Of a stretch of 64,000 nt of DNA, positions 34,989 to 46,753 are shown piece after piece. Numbering within the stretch: the first letter of the stretch is position 1; every line of letters starts with the position of its first letter. Position numbers and translations under genes: made by a program. This DNA is from Squalus acanthias. Lineage: Eukaryota. The notes under the pieces were generated by a model that made no database searches, was not told the DNA's origin, and saw only the letters and a list, made by a program, of their open reading frames with translations. Location of the stretch: NCBI GenBank assembly GCA_030390025.1, contig CM059433.1, positions 16,432,001 through 16,496,000 on the forward strand, in the 5' to 3' direction.

Positions 34989-35434
34989 GAGCTACAAATT
35001 GGTATGTGCTTGACCCATTTTTTGGGCGTAAAACGGGAGCATAGCATACCAATTTAGCAGTGGGACTGCTTGCACCCAATCTGCACAGGCATTGCACCCA
35101 CTGATAAATTCGTGAGGCTTGTTTTCTAGGCATCACAGGCGACAACTTGAACATGTTAACGAAACACCTGTTGAAGGACCCCATTACAAAAATAGTTAGC
35201 CATGAGCAGGGCAGGCATCGGGCTCAGGATTCTTCAGTGGTCCTCGTGGCTTCCCCCGACTCCACAGGCATCTCGATTGCATCCCTCCATCCTGGAACAT
35301 ACCCAAGAGCCTCTGCCAGCGAGGCAGGTGGCCCTGAGTTCGGCCAAATGAGGCCCAAAGACCAATTTCTAACAATCCTCAAGCCTCTTGGATTGGGTGT
35401 GTGCTGAAAACGGCTCCTGAATAATTTCTACCCC
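34989..35434. mobile_element. Old Harbinger-type MITE
   Basis: GAGCTACAAATT / AATTTCTACCCC; ATG TSD at 34986-88 and 35435-37. Confidence 0.6.
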
Positions 35435-35984
35435 ATGATATCATCCTGGTCACAACCCATTATTTGCATGGCTTCACCTTAGCTGGGGCAGACTTATCCT
35501 ACACCCTCCCACACATCCAGCAGGATCGAAGGCGGAACTTAAAGGTGGCGTGCAATTGGTGTATCCACTCTTAAGTGTATCAAAATGAGTCAAAGTCACA
35601 TGAAGTGAATTACGGTGTCAGTGCGAACACGAATTGGCAGATGGGCAACGGCACTGTCTTTTCACTTCTGGAACTTGTTTGAATCCAGCCTGGGTCAATG
35701 GAACAACAGCTTCCCAGTTTGGTGGGTATTAAACTCTTGAGGGAGTGAAATTCAACTTTGGCGGGGGCACAAAACGGGTGGTAGCGAATTGGCCGCCCAT
35801 TATACGTCAGACTGCACCGACAATACTGTGTCTACTTCTGGTTGCCAAGAAACAAGAGAGAGATATCTAAGTGCTGGAGGGCAGTGCAATGAAATCAATG
35901 AAAATGAAATCGGGCAGGTTCTATAATGGGTCCAGCTGGTGAATGTGGTGGTGAAAGTTACCCTCAGTGATTACACAGGACCAA

Positions 35985-36141
35985 AATAGCTTTTAAAGGG
36001 ATTTGGATAATTATTTGGAAAATAAAGTTTTAAAGATATGAGCAAAGGGCAGGAGAATGGGCTAGGATGGATTGTTCTTTCAGACAGCTAACACAAGTCT
36101 GATGAGCCAAACAGCTTCCTCCTTGTGCTGCTAATTTCTAT
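35985..36141 (+). mobile_element. Degenerate CR1 3' end
   Basis: TAGCTTTTAAAGGGATTTGGATAATTATTTG...CTTCCTCCTTGTGCTG..TTTCTAT. Confidence 0.6.
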
Positions 36142-37874
36142 GGGCTGGATTTTGTGGGGGGTCAGCGGGCGTGATCGGTGGCGGGTCGGGTGGGAAAGTG
36201 TTTTTTCCCCCAGCGGATCGGGACCCCGCTGTGAACCAGCCGCCACGCGCCTTTACCAAATGTCGGGTCTGTCAGCGCTGAGCAGACCCGACACGCAGCG
36301 GCAGGGGAGGCAATTAAAATCATGAGTGGCTTGTTTACAGCCACTTATCAATGGTTTTTTCCCAGCTTTTTGGATTTGACAGGTCGCCCAACGGTTTCCC
36401 GCTGTGCCTAGACCTCGTCTGTGAAGCTGAGGCAGGAGGTTATTGGCCATTGAATCAGCTGATGAGTTGACAGCTTCAAATGTCAAGTCAAAGCCCCCAG
36501 CTGATTGAGAAATGTTCCCTTAACCATTAGCTTCTCTAAACTGCATTTCCACTACAGATTCAGAATGCTGCAAGTCTTTACATAAGTCTCCATCCAGTCT
36601 GACCTCATTACCTCTCCCACCATTGACAGATCGCTTCTGCCATCTATTCCATCAGCACGGGTGCCCTTGAAACACTCTCACCTTGGTCTTCAGAATCCCA
36701 ACATGATCAGCTCCAACACCAGCAGCACCAGGCACACCAGTAGCACCAACAACAACACCAACCTTCTCCGCAATCAACTGATGCTGCGCAGGACACAGGG
36801 CATCAGCATCCGACCACATTGCTGCCCGGGAAGCCAGGGATGTCCTCACCATGGCCAGATTTACTTCACTTGACGCTGTACACCCTGGCTGCCACATGAT
36901 GCGCCAGGTTGGCACCACTCCACACCAACACCATAAAGCATCCCTACAATGCCAAAGCCATTCCTTTCACACTCATCACCATTGCGGGTTATGTCTCACC
37001 ATTCACTGCAACTCACTAAGCCACTTCCAAAGGTGCACACAAATCTGTCCAAGAACGCAAAGCGTTGAAAATAAAGGTTTCAATGATTGACACCACATTA
37101 ACAGAAACTTTACATGAACATTGGATAAAACACCCAAGTGCCTACCCTTGTGTGTTGTTAGTTGGTATGATTGCACTAGGATGAGGGTGAGTGTGAGGGG
37201 TGGCTAGTGAGATGGGGATGTGATAATGTAGATAGAGAGGGATGGGTGGAGGTGCAAGGTAAGTTGGTGTGAGTAAGGATGTGCAGGAGTAGGGTAGGGA
37301 AGGCAGAGTGATGGGGATGTGATGAGTGGCACAGCAGGATGAGGTTGAGTGTGGCTTTGTACTTACATTTTATGATCGACTGAGATCATTGAAAAGTTTG
37401 TGCCACTGCAGCCTGGTCCTCCAGACAACATCCCTGCTTGTGTCCTCCTGTGCAATGTGCAACTAGGCTGCGTTGATCTCCTGGGGAGGTCTCTTCGCCC
37501 ATGGGAAGGGAAGAGAACCGCCCTGTGTGCTGTGACTCCCTCCATAAGCATATGGAGGGAGTCATGGGAGAGCCTGGGTGCAGCCCTGCACCTCTGTGCA
37601 GTGCTTGTCAGTTTTTGCAGCACCTCAATGCTGTAGAACACTGACAGCACAAATGTCAAATTAAAGTTGGCCACGGGCCCTTCAAGAAAATCGGCTGATG
37701 ATGCGTCATCAAATGACGTCACCAGACTTGCTTCCTCTAATTGGCCGGGAAACGCGCAGGGCGGGCTTAACAAACCCAATCAAGGTAAATTCTTTCTATA
37801 CAGCGGCCTGGAGCCAGCAGCGGGGCCGGGACCCGCCACCGACGTCGCCCACCATGGTTCATAAAATCCATCAA
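36142..37874. mobile_element. Internally deleted Harbinger derivative with a Myb exon-1 relic
   Basis: Left TIR GGGCTGGATTTT, degenerate right AAAATCCATCA; minus-strand AAPRLSHDSLHMLMEGV...FNDL then GTAAGT at ~37360-37590. Confidence 0.65.
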
Positions 37875-37891
37875 ATGTTAATAGACATTAT

Positions 37892-38652
37892 GGGCTGGAT
37901 TTTGTCTTTGGGTCGGGTTGGGGTCATGTCATCCGCATTTCGTGGTTCCCCCCCGACTCCAGATTAATGTGGATGAATGATGCAATTTTCACTTAATTGG
38001 GCAATTGAGTTCCAGCATGTGGGAACCTATGAACCAATTAGTGGTTTCAATCTGAAAGTCGCCTCTGATGATGTCATCATTGCAGGTCAGAGACTGCCTG
38101 CCTGGTCTCAGAGACTACCTGGCCTTTGTTGTGAGTGGACCTGGATGGATGGATGGATGGATGGATAGAGTGAGAGAGAGAGAGAGAGAGAATTTTTTTT
38201 CCATCCAAGTCCTCTCACAGCAAGGCCAGGCAGTCTCTGAAGACATTCAATGCAGCAGCATCAGAGGCGACTTTCAGACCTAATACTACTACTACCTTCA
38301 TCACATCTCCGTTGTAATAGTGGACCTGCAGCTGATAGTCAGCTATTCACTTGTGCTCCCGCCAGGTTTCACTGGAGTGTTTCACATCAGGTGTACTTCA
38401 CGTCGGAAAAGGGTTAAACTAGCTAAAACATTTCAAAATGGCATTACAGAGCCAATTTAGGGCTTGTTAAGGGCTTTAATGGCCTCTCCCGCCTCTTGGA
38501 GGCGGGACCGAGTCGGGAACCCCGCGACTGATTTTGTCAAAATTGCGTGGAGGCGGGATGGAGTTGGGATGGGGTCGGGACCCCCGAATTTGCAACTTTA
38601 ACCCCCCACACGCCTCCAAACCCGACTCCACAGGTCATTCAAAATCCAGCCC
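37892..38652. mobile_element. Harbinger-type MITE
   Basis: Perfect 13-bp TIR GGGCTGGATTTTG / CAAAATCCAGCCC; TSD not clean (TAT/TTA). Confidence 0.7.
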
Positions 38653-40750
38653 TTAGACTTATTTGCATTTGGTTTAACTGATGCGCTGATACTTACAGTG
38701 TAAATAAGCTTGAAATTTGTGATGGTGTGGAATCAGGAGTGGAATCGGGAATGGAGATGAGATCTGGATCAGGGCTGGCATTCATCTTGTGAAGGAATAA
38801 GCCATATAACCTATTCAGAAAAATACACTATCTTATGAAAGAATTCTGGCCTTATTAAAATATGCCAAACTGGGTTTGGCAATTTGGAAATTTTAGAAAC
38901 CTAACTATGAAATAGTTATGAAAGCATTCTGGCTATTGAGATAAGACAGTTGTTGACCCTGAATAAATAACCTTATTGAAACAGAAGGTGAAGGGCTCTG
39001 ACAAGCTGACCTTTTGGGAAATAACAATGGTTCACCCTGGATAAGGTGTTCTAATTTACACTTCGTAAAGAAGCACGTAAGATAAGGAACATCTGCCCTC
39101 ATAAAGATGACATAAAGTAAGGAACACCTGCTGTCACACCGTTTTTATATGGTAAACTTAGAACACCGAGAGATGAGACATGATTCTGGCTGATGCTGCA
39201 GTAAGAATTGCAGAGGTCAGCAGAAAAATGACTAGAGATAATTAGCTTGCATCAGCAGAAAACCTTAAAGGAAATACCACTGGAAAAGGGTATAAATATT
39301 GAACTCTCAATTGGGATAACAGACTCGCTTTAATCGGGCAAAGTGATTTCCGGCTTCAGAGGCGGCTCTGTAGTCTTCAACGTTTGTACCTCGGAGATCA
39401 AAGGTATTTGATATTGATGGATATCCTGAATAGAAATCTTTAAGAACAGTAATACTGTAGCAAAGTTAAGATTTAAAAGTAAGATTCTCTGTTAATAATG
39501 AGATAGCATTTTTTCTCTTTTTAGAACGGTTAATGTTGCGATTGATTCACCAACTGTAAATTGCATGTCGGTTCTTTAGTAAATCTATATATTTTTAGAA
39601 TTGTCTCACATAAGACTTCTGTATCAAAAACTCGCGAACTCAATCTCTGTACACTCTTTGGTGAGGAGTTGCAGAATTCTGAGGGAGTTTTCCGGACCCT
39701 CATAATATCCGGAACGTTACAGTCTAGCTAAACTTATTAAAAGCGCTATCTGGAGGACGGTAACATTCTCGGGTTGTTCCTTTCCTTTAGGAAGAGATAG
39801 TCCGGACCTTTAGACCCAATTAAGCATCTTTAGGATTCGGCTACCTCAAACTTTAGTTGAAAGTGAACGTCTGAGAAATACGCCTGATCCGGGGTAGCCC
39901 TAATGGGGCTAGGACTAGTAAATATCCCTTCACTCTAATAGTGAGTGGGGCAGGAAACTCAGAACTGGACTGAGGTCTGCAGAAGAGGCTCTCACCATAT
40001 CATACAGGTTAAAGCTTATTTCCTAGGCAACTCTCTCAATGTTTTTATTTTGTGCAAATCATTCGTTGTAGGCTTATTTGAAGATGAAGAAAGACTGAAA
40101 AGAATACGACCCTTTTCAGTGATGATTAATGACATGTTTGCACAGCCATGGACAGAGGTAGAGTACAGATACAACGAGGCCCATGCAACCACCAGGATTG
40201 TTATTGAGCATGCCGTTAGCATCCTGAAGCAGTGTTTCAGATCTCTGGATAGATCAAGGTGTCCCTTACAGTGCAGTGCCCCCCACCCCAGGTATAGATG
40301 ATTACTGGCCTAGAAATTCAGGAGTTTAGCGCCACCCATTACCGCCAGATTCATGCAAAAAAATGGTGACCATCATTTTCAGATGGCTGGCAGTGATGTC
40401 GACGTTTGACAAAATTATGTAGATTATGCAGATCGTGACATCAGTAAGTGTGCAATGCTCACTTGATGCCTGATCTGCGAGTTTTGACTTCGCCGCTCCA
40501 CTTACCAGCATGCATTAAGTGCGACAAGCTGAGCAAGCATTGACAAGCCAGAAGGAGGCTCCAACAGCGATATTTAAAGGGATCATCAGCAACAACTTGT
40601 ACATGTTTCTGCAGTTTGACTGGCTCTGTGCAACTCCAGCAGCTTTATTAACTTCTTTCAAAGTTCTAAGGTAACAGGAAGTGTTGTTGCAAGTGGAGAA
40701 CGCCTTCATTCTTATTTAAAGGCTTCTGCTCACAACACTTGCTCACAGTA

Positions 40751-41867
40751 ATGGTGACTGTACCGGCAGTCCCCCTCGCGCTCGAGTATCTTCAGGAGAG
40801 GGAGCGGAGGTTGCGAAGAAGACGAGAAGGAGGAGGAGGAGGGCCAGCATGGCTCTCAACAGTAGGCCTTACCCAGCTAGGGTCTTCAGAGAGCAATTCT
40901 CTTATATCCACTTAACCGAGAAGTGTATTAGGAGGCTCCGCTTCACCAATGAGTTGCTCACAGAAATCTGCTACCTCCTGCAACCAGACCTGCAGCCTGA
41001 GAGCAGGACGACCACAGCTCTCCCAGTGGCAGTCAAGGTCACCAAGGCCCTCAATTTCTTCATCAGCGGATCCTTCCAGTCTGCAGCAGGAGATGTAGCT
41101 AACATCTCACAGTTTGCTGCCCATTGCTGCATCCAGGCGGTCACAAAGGCTCACTATTCCAGGAGAAGGGATGTCGTTTTCTTCTCTCTGAGCAGAGAGA
41201 AGCAGGACGAGCACGCATGTGGCTTTTCCAGGATAGCAGGCTTCCCCATGGAGCAGGGCGCCATCGACTGCACCCACGTGGCTTTGCGGGCACCGCATAA
41301 CAATCCTGAGATCTTTTGTAACCGCAAAGGCTACCACTCACTTAATGTGCAGTTGGTGGGTAAACACGCCCAGCGATTCCTGATGGTCAATGCCCACATC
41401 AGTCCGGCATGCCAGCAATCTTCCAGCCACCACATGAAATTCGAGGGTGGCTGCTCGGAGACAAGGGCAATCTGCTCTGCAACTGGCTCATGACTCCCCT
41501 CCACAACCCCACCACTCCTGCCCAGCACTCATATGATGAGAGCCATGTGGCCACCAGGAACATCATCGAGCAGACCATCGGGCTACTGAAGCAACGGTTC
41601 CGCTACCCTGACCATTTGGGAGGAGCCCTCCAGTACTCGTGCGGAGCGGATGTCCCATTCCGTGGTGGTCTGCTGCATTCGTGACAACTTGGCCATTATG
41701 AGGGCACAGCCCTTGCCACCAGAGATTGCGGGACCACCTCAGGAGGAGGATGAGGGAGAATGGAGGAGGAGGAGGAAAAGGACAAGGAGGAAGAGAGGAG
41801 GCAGGCAGCCAATCCCCCATCTGGACGGGCTGTATGTGAAGGGCTCATCAGACTCCGATTCCAATGA
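40751..41867 (+). pseudogene. Harbinger transposase pseudogene (several frameshifts and deletions)
   Basis: [40 protein letters not shown] in shifting frames. Confidence 0.9.
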
Positions 41868-42066
41868 ATGAAACCCCAGATCTCCGTTGCTCACCACATC
41901 CTCATCATAGCATCCCTCTGTCACGGAATATCACAGCGTCCTCCTGGGCACAAAGCTGAAGTGAGAGACATCACAAAAGATTCCAAACAAAATTAATAAA
42001 TTTATCGAAAATCAATTGACACGTGCAATATCAACTACTCATCCTTGTGCAATTCCTTAGTGCCTG

Positions 42067-43260
42067 TCATTCAGGTGCCCATTCCTGATCTGGTGCTCCT
42101 ACGAAGTGCTCCTCCAGTGGCTGCAGCACAGCTGGTGGAAGGCTGCTGAGTTTCCATGGGAGAGACTTCAGATGGCCTTGCAGGACAACCTCGAGCTGCT
42201 CTGGCCCTAAAAGGCCTGGTTGCAGACTACACCACCTCGGCCTGGGCGGCAGCAGTCTGGGCTGGCTGGCTGACAGGCAGCGGCGAGGGCAATGGCGGAG
42301 TGGCAGTGATGGGAACAGGAATGCTGTCATCCTGAGAGAGGACAGCAGGTTCCTGCTCCACTGACCCACTGCCTCAGCATTCCCAGCAATCTGTTGGAGC
42401 ACTAATTGCAACACCCTGCAAGCCTTGGTCGACACTGGTAAACGCAGCCACGATGGCAGCAGTCTAAGCTTGGGTGGCAGCAAGAAATGCAAGCATGCAA
42501 CATCAGTAGCTTGAATGTGAGAAGAGATTGTAGGATGAGGGGGAAGTGGGATGTGAGAAGAAGGATTAGGAATGAGCAGACCGTTGTTGTCCCCAAGGGC
42601 TTGAACTTCACCCGTTGCCACGGCCTCCATGATATGCCGCCCAATGATCTCCAGCACTCTTTCCTACAGCTGGCTGAGGTCCTGGATGGCAGATTGCCCC
42701 CTGCCTGTCTGCTGCTGCTCCCTCCCGTTATGCGTGACCTTGGCCTGTAAGAGAAAGGGAAATGCGTGAGTGAGTGTGGTGCAATGTGTTTGGGTGATAG
42801 TTTAATAGCTGTCAGCGTGAGCGAGGTGTGAGATGTGGGTGTGAGTGTTGCAGCAGTGGTAAGGTTGTGAGGGTGAAGTGAAGTTATGATTTTGAGGTCT
42901 GAGTGGTGATAGGTAGAGGTTGTTGGTAGGTAAGTGATGGGGGTGTGGTACATTGAGCAGTGTGTGGGGCTTGTGGTGCAGACGGTGGGGTATGGCATTT
43001 GCTGAAGCCTTCACTCACCTTGGCCTGCCGTGTGACGTCATTAAACTTCTTGCGGCACTGAATCGCCGACCTGGGGACTACAGTGCTGGCCATCACATAG
43101 GCAGCTATCTCCTGCCAGAGCCTTTGAGATGTATGTGGCGAGGGCTTCCTGCCAGTCTGCGGAAGAGAACAGCCTATCTCCTCTCCATGGCCACCACCAG
43201 TGCCTCCAGAGCCATGTCTGAGAATCTGCGGGTTCTCTCCCTGTGCTGTGGCTCAGCCAT
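42067..43260 (-). pseudogene. Harbinger Myb/SANT partner pseudogene
   Basis: ATG 43260, RFSDMALEALV...QCRKKFNDVTRQAK then GTGAGT (exon end 43019); exon 2 from 42744; C-terminal relic 42070-42400; stops and frameshifts. Confidence 0.8.
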
Positions 43261-45884
43261 CTGCTTCCACTGCTGTTTACTTCCAGGTGGAGTTGGAACT
43301 GGATTGACAATGAGGTGCTGTAGCATCAATGCACCTCCCCTTTAGGTACTAAATAAAGCCTGTGCCAAACATTACTGGGAATTAGACTGGACCCGATAGT
43401 GGCCCGCCTGTTGAGTGGTAAGCCAATGAGCAGCGGTATTAGCGCTGAGATCAAGACTATAATCATGTTAATGAGGACTGAGCATGAATTTTGCATTCCA
43501 CCTGGACCATTTTGACCCGGCACAGCTTAACATCGCTGGGCCTTAACACTGCCCGTTTTGTGGGCCATATCCAATTTCTAGGCCACTGTCTCCTGCATGC
43601 TCCATAACTTTGCTGAAATAAAAGAGGCTTAACAACAGAGAAGGAAATGGCTAATTCACAATCAAGACCAGAGCAGAATGCAGACACTGAATGAACTGTG
43701 TGAAAGTCACTGGATTTGTGAGAACCTTTTTCATAGGGTGCCAAGTTCTTGGTGGATTTAATTTATTAAAGAACGCTCTTGCTCATTAAATTCCATCACA
43801 GCAAAACCATTTTGAAAGTTTCTAACTGCTGCAGAAGCAGCTTTACTATTGCCCCAAGTATCCTTGGTGACCTTTCTAAATCTTCAAAGGGAACAGCAAG
43901 CAATTTGCGTTGTTTGAACTGTCCACTTTTATCTTTCAGTTTTCTGCATGAAATGTTATTTTTTTTCAAACAAGATCTGAAGCTGTCAATAAAATTCACG
44001 GTATAAGGAGTTGGTTATTTTTGACCTCCTCCCTTCACCCCCTGATTTTCTCCTTTCCACTCATGAGGCCATGATATATACTCCCATCCTGCATCTTACC
44101 CATGTGGCTGTTTACCGTGCGAGGTTGTCATATCTCAGGCTATTGGCAGGAGTTTCGTGTAATTAATATTAAAATGATGATATTAAGTCAAAGGGATTTT
44201 TGACTGAAGCTGTAATATGTTTTTGATATCAAATCAGATTCAGGGTTCAGCATCCTTTCTTTTATTTTGACAGAAGAAGAAAGGTTAGAGCCACTGGGAC
44301 AAAGTCACTTTGTCAAAGTGTTTTCCTCGAAGTTAATAAGCCATCCATCAAACTGTTCTCTTTAAAGGTCTGGGACAATACGGGAATTGTTAAATTGTTA
44401 TCACATTCTGACACTTCCACGTGAGATGTTAAGTGGGGGAGGTGACTGAACTCAGCTTGAGGTTGCCTGATTGAGGACCACACCTAGGAAGTCAGTGATC
44501 GGTTTAATTGGCAGCTCAGCTGGCCAATCCCTGGTCCTGGGAAGGGGGGTCTCATTTCACTAAAGTGTTAATCGGTCCACCTTTTGAAAGACTGGAAGCG
44601 TACACGTGGAGGCATGCACGAGATTACAGTATCCAGCTCATATAACAAGGGGCTTTCATCGTAATGCCCTGAGTTCACTCTATCATATCACTAAATATTG
44701 GGTGGTAAAGGTAAACTCCTATTCATAAGGGAGGCAGAATCCACTTACAGGAGAGTCCGGGGATACCGAACCTGAGAGAATATCCAGTGCAGACTCAAAA
44801 TTTGTAACCGCTAGCCCAGTCGGTGAGGACAGCATTTTCCTCTTGAATCGAATACTTTGGTCGGCTGGAAATGATGTCTGACCCATGACAGTGCCGCTGT
44901 CTCCAGCCAACTTCCTGGGAGCATACATATATTTACACAAATTCAGTGGACTCTCAGTGAGATTAGCACCTGCCTCAGGGAGCCTTGCTCAGGGGAGGGA
45001 GGGAAACCCTATTGCAGGCCATGGTCACGGCACCAGCAGAGCATGGAGGGCAGCTGAAAAATAATGGTTAAAAAATGTTTTAGTTCAGAATTCCTGGAGT
45101 GCACCCATTGCCCTGCGATCAATTACAAACTCTTGATGGGCGAATTTTAATTTTAAATGCTGTCCCTCACACCATCGGCAATGTTGGATGCCATGAATAC
45201 ATCAGCATTATGACATTATTCGGGCAGACATATTCAATGGCCACTTTCAGAAAATCGTGCAAGTGGCAGTAAGCCTCAAGGAGGTCACAGAGCAGCTCCC
45301 AATTTTAAGTTAGACATCGCAACCCGGAGTTTCCACTAGGGGCGCAATCGGGATAATGCGCCCAGAATGCGGAGGTGAAGTTAGGCACAGGTTTCCGCTC
45401 AAACTCTTTTGCATAAGCCCGAATGTAAAATCTCCCATGAATCAGCGCTATCGAGCAGCGAAGCTCTGGGCGAAATGTGAAGATCACCCCGAACGGGAGC
45501 AATTGTCGGAAACTCACCATGCTGACCCGGGGGGTGGGGCGTGGCCAATTTTGTAGGCGGGGCCTGCTTCGAACGAATTGACTTTTGAGCCAGCGCAAAA
45601 GATGGTGGAAACTCGAGGCATGAGTGATTGCGGACGTTATAAATTCCGCGATCTTTTGCGCTATTTCAGTCGATTCTGCCCAGAATGCACTGATATCTGG
45701 GCGGAAACTCCACGCCCACGAATACACTGGCTAATTTAAAATAACAGTAAATTGTCAATCAAATAATATGGCAAGTTAATTAAAACCATCAAAAAGTTCA
45801 ATTGGCGCAATTAATTTCTTTAGAAGGCAAAAGTACTCGAACACTTCAGAACAAGGCATTCATCATGAATCGATCAATACTGTA

Positions 45885-46395
45885 GGAAGGATGTGATTGC
45901 ATTGGAGAGGGTGCAGAGGAGATTCACCAGGATGTTACCTGGGCTGCAGCGCTTCAGCTATGAAGAGAGACTGGACAGGCTGGGGTTGTTTTCCTTAGAG
46001 CAGAGAAGGCTGAGGGGGGACCTGATTGAGGTGTACAAAATTATGAGGGGCACAGATAGGGTAGATAGAAAGGAACTTTTCCCCTTAGTAGAGGGATCAA
46101 TAACCAGGGGGCATAGTTTCAAGGTAAGGGGCAGGAGGTTGAGAGGGGATTTGAGGAAAAACTTTTTCACCCAGAGGGTGGTTGGAATCTGGAACTCACT
46201 GCCTGAAAGGGTGGTAGAGGCAGGAACCCTCACAACATTCAAGAAGCATTTAGATGAGCACTTGAAACGCCGTAGCATACAAGGCTACAGACCAAGTGCT
46301 GGAAAATGGGATTAAAATAGACAGGGCTTGATGGCCGGCGCGGACACGATGGGCCGAAGGGCCTCTTTCTGTGCTGTATAACTCTATGACTCTAT
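45885..46395 (+). mobile_element. 5'-truncated CR1 LINE; tail continues at 50795-50806
   Basis: ALERVQRRFTRMLPG...RGDLIEVYKIM...FFTQRVVGIWNSLP...GKWD; tail ATAACTCTATGACTCTAT; possible TSD ACTGTA at 45879-84 and 50807-12. Confidence 0.93.
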
Positions 46396-46753
46396 GGGGT
46401 AGAAATTAGGTCGCGCCCCATTTGGGGCGCAAATATCGTCCGCGCGCAAATATTAGCGCCTGGCGCTAATTATCGGCACTGACAGGAAACTTCACTTTTA
46501 CCGCCCCGGGAGGTGAGTGGAGCGCTAAATTAGGCGCTGCACACCTCTCTTAAGGCGCAAAGGCCTAGGAGTGAGGCGCTACCTCAGCGCACGAGCGCAG
46601 CGCAGCTGCTGCCAGTTAGCGAGGGAACACAGACACACTGGCGCCGGACACTTCTTAAAGCGGGGGGGGGCCACTTGCTCCCCAGCCACACCCTGCTCAT
46701 TGCAGCCTTGAATCTCAGCCTGGAGAGACCTGTAATCCATTTTGCTGCCAAGC

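Larger units (their letters stand above)
40307..43584. mobile_element. Harbinger transposon, third coding family (3278 bp), decayed
   Basis: Perfect TIR GGCCTAGAAATT; ACT TSD at 40304-06 and 43585-87; convergent transposase and Myb relics. Confidence 0.93.
40130..43615 (+). pseudogene. Ancient Harbinger transposase C-terminal relic split by element 40307-43584
   Basis: RYNEAHATTRIVIEHAVSILKQCFRSLDRS (40165-40260) continues after the TSD as TVSCMLHNF (43585-43611). Confidence 0.75.

Noticed and set aside
35630..35700. tRNA-like A/B-box sequence
   Set aside because: Too degenerate for a cloverleaf; at most a decayed SINE head.
45318..45718. Possible additional MITEs here and at ~23184-23720, ~35740-35965 and ~59802-59923
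   Set aside because: Only partial TIR similarity and no convincing TSD.
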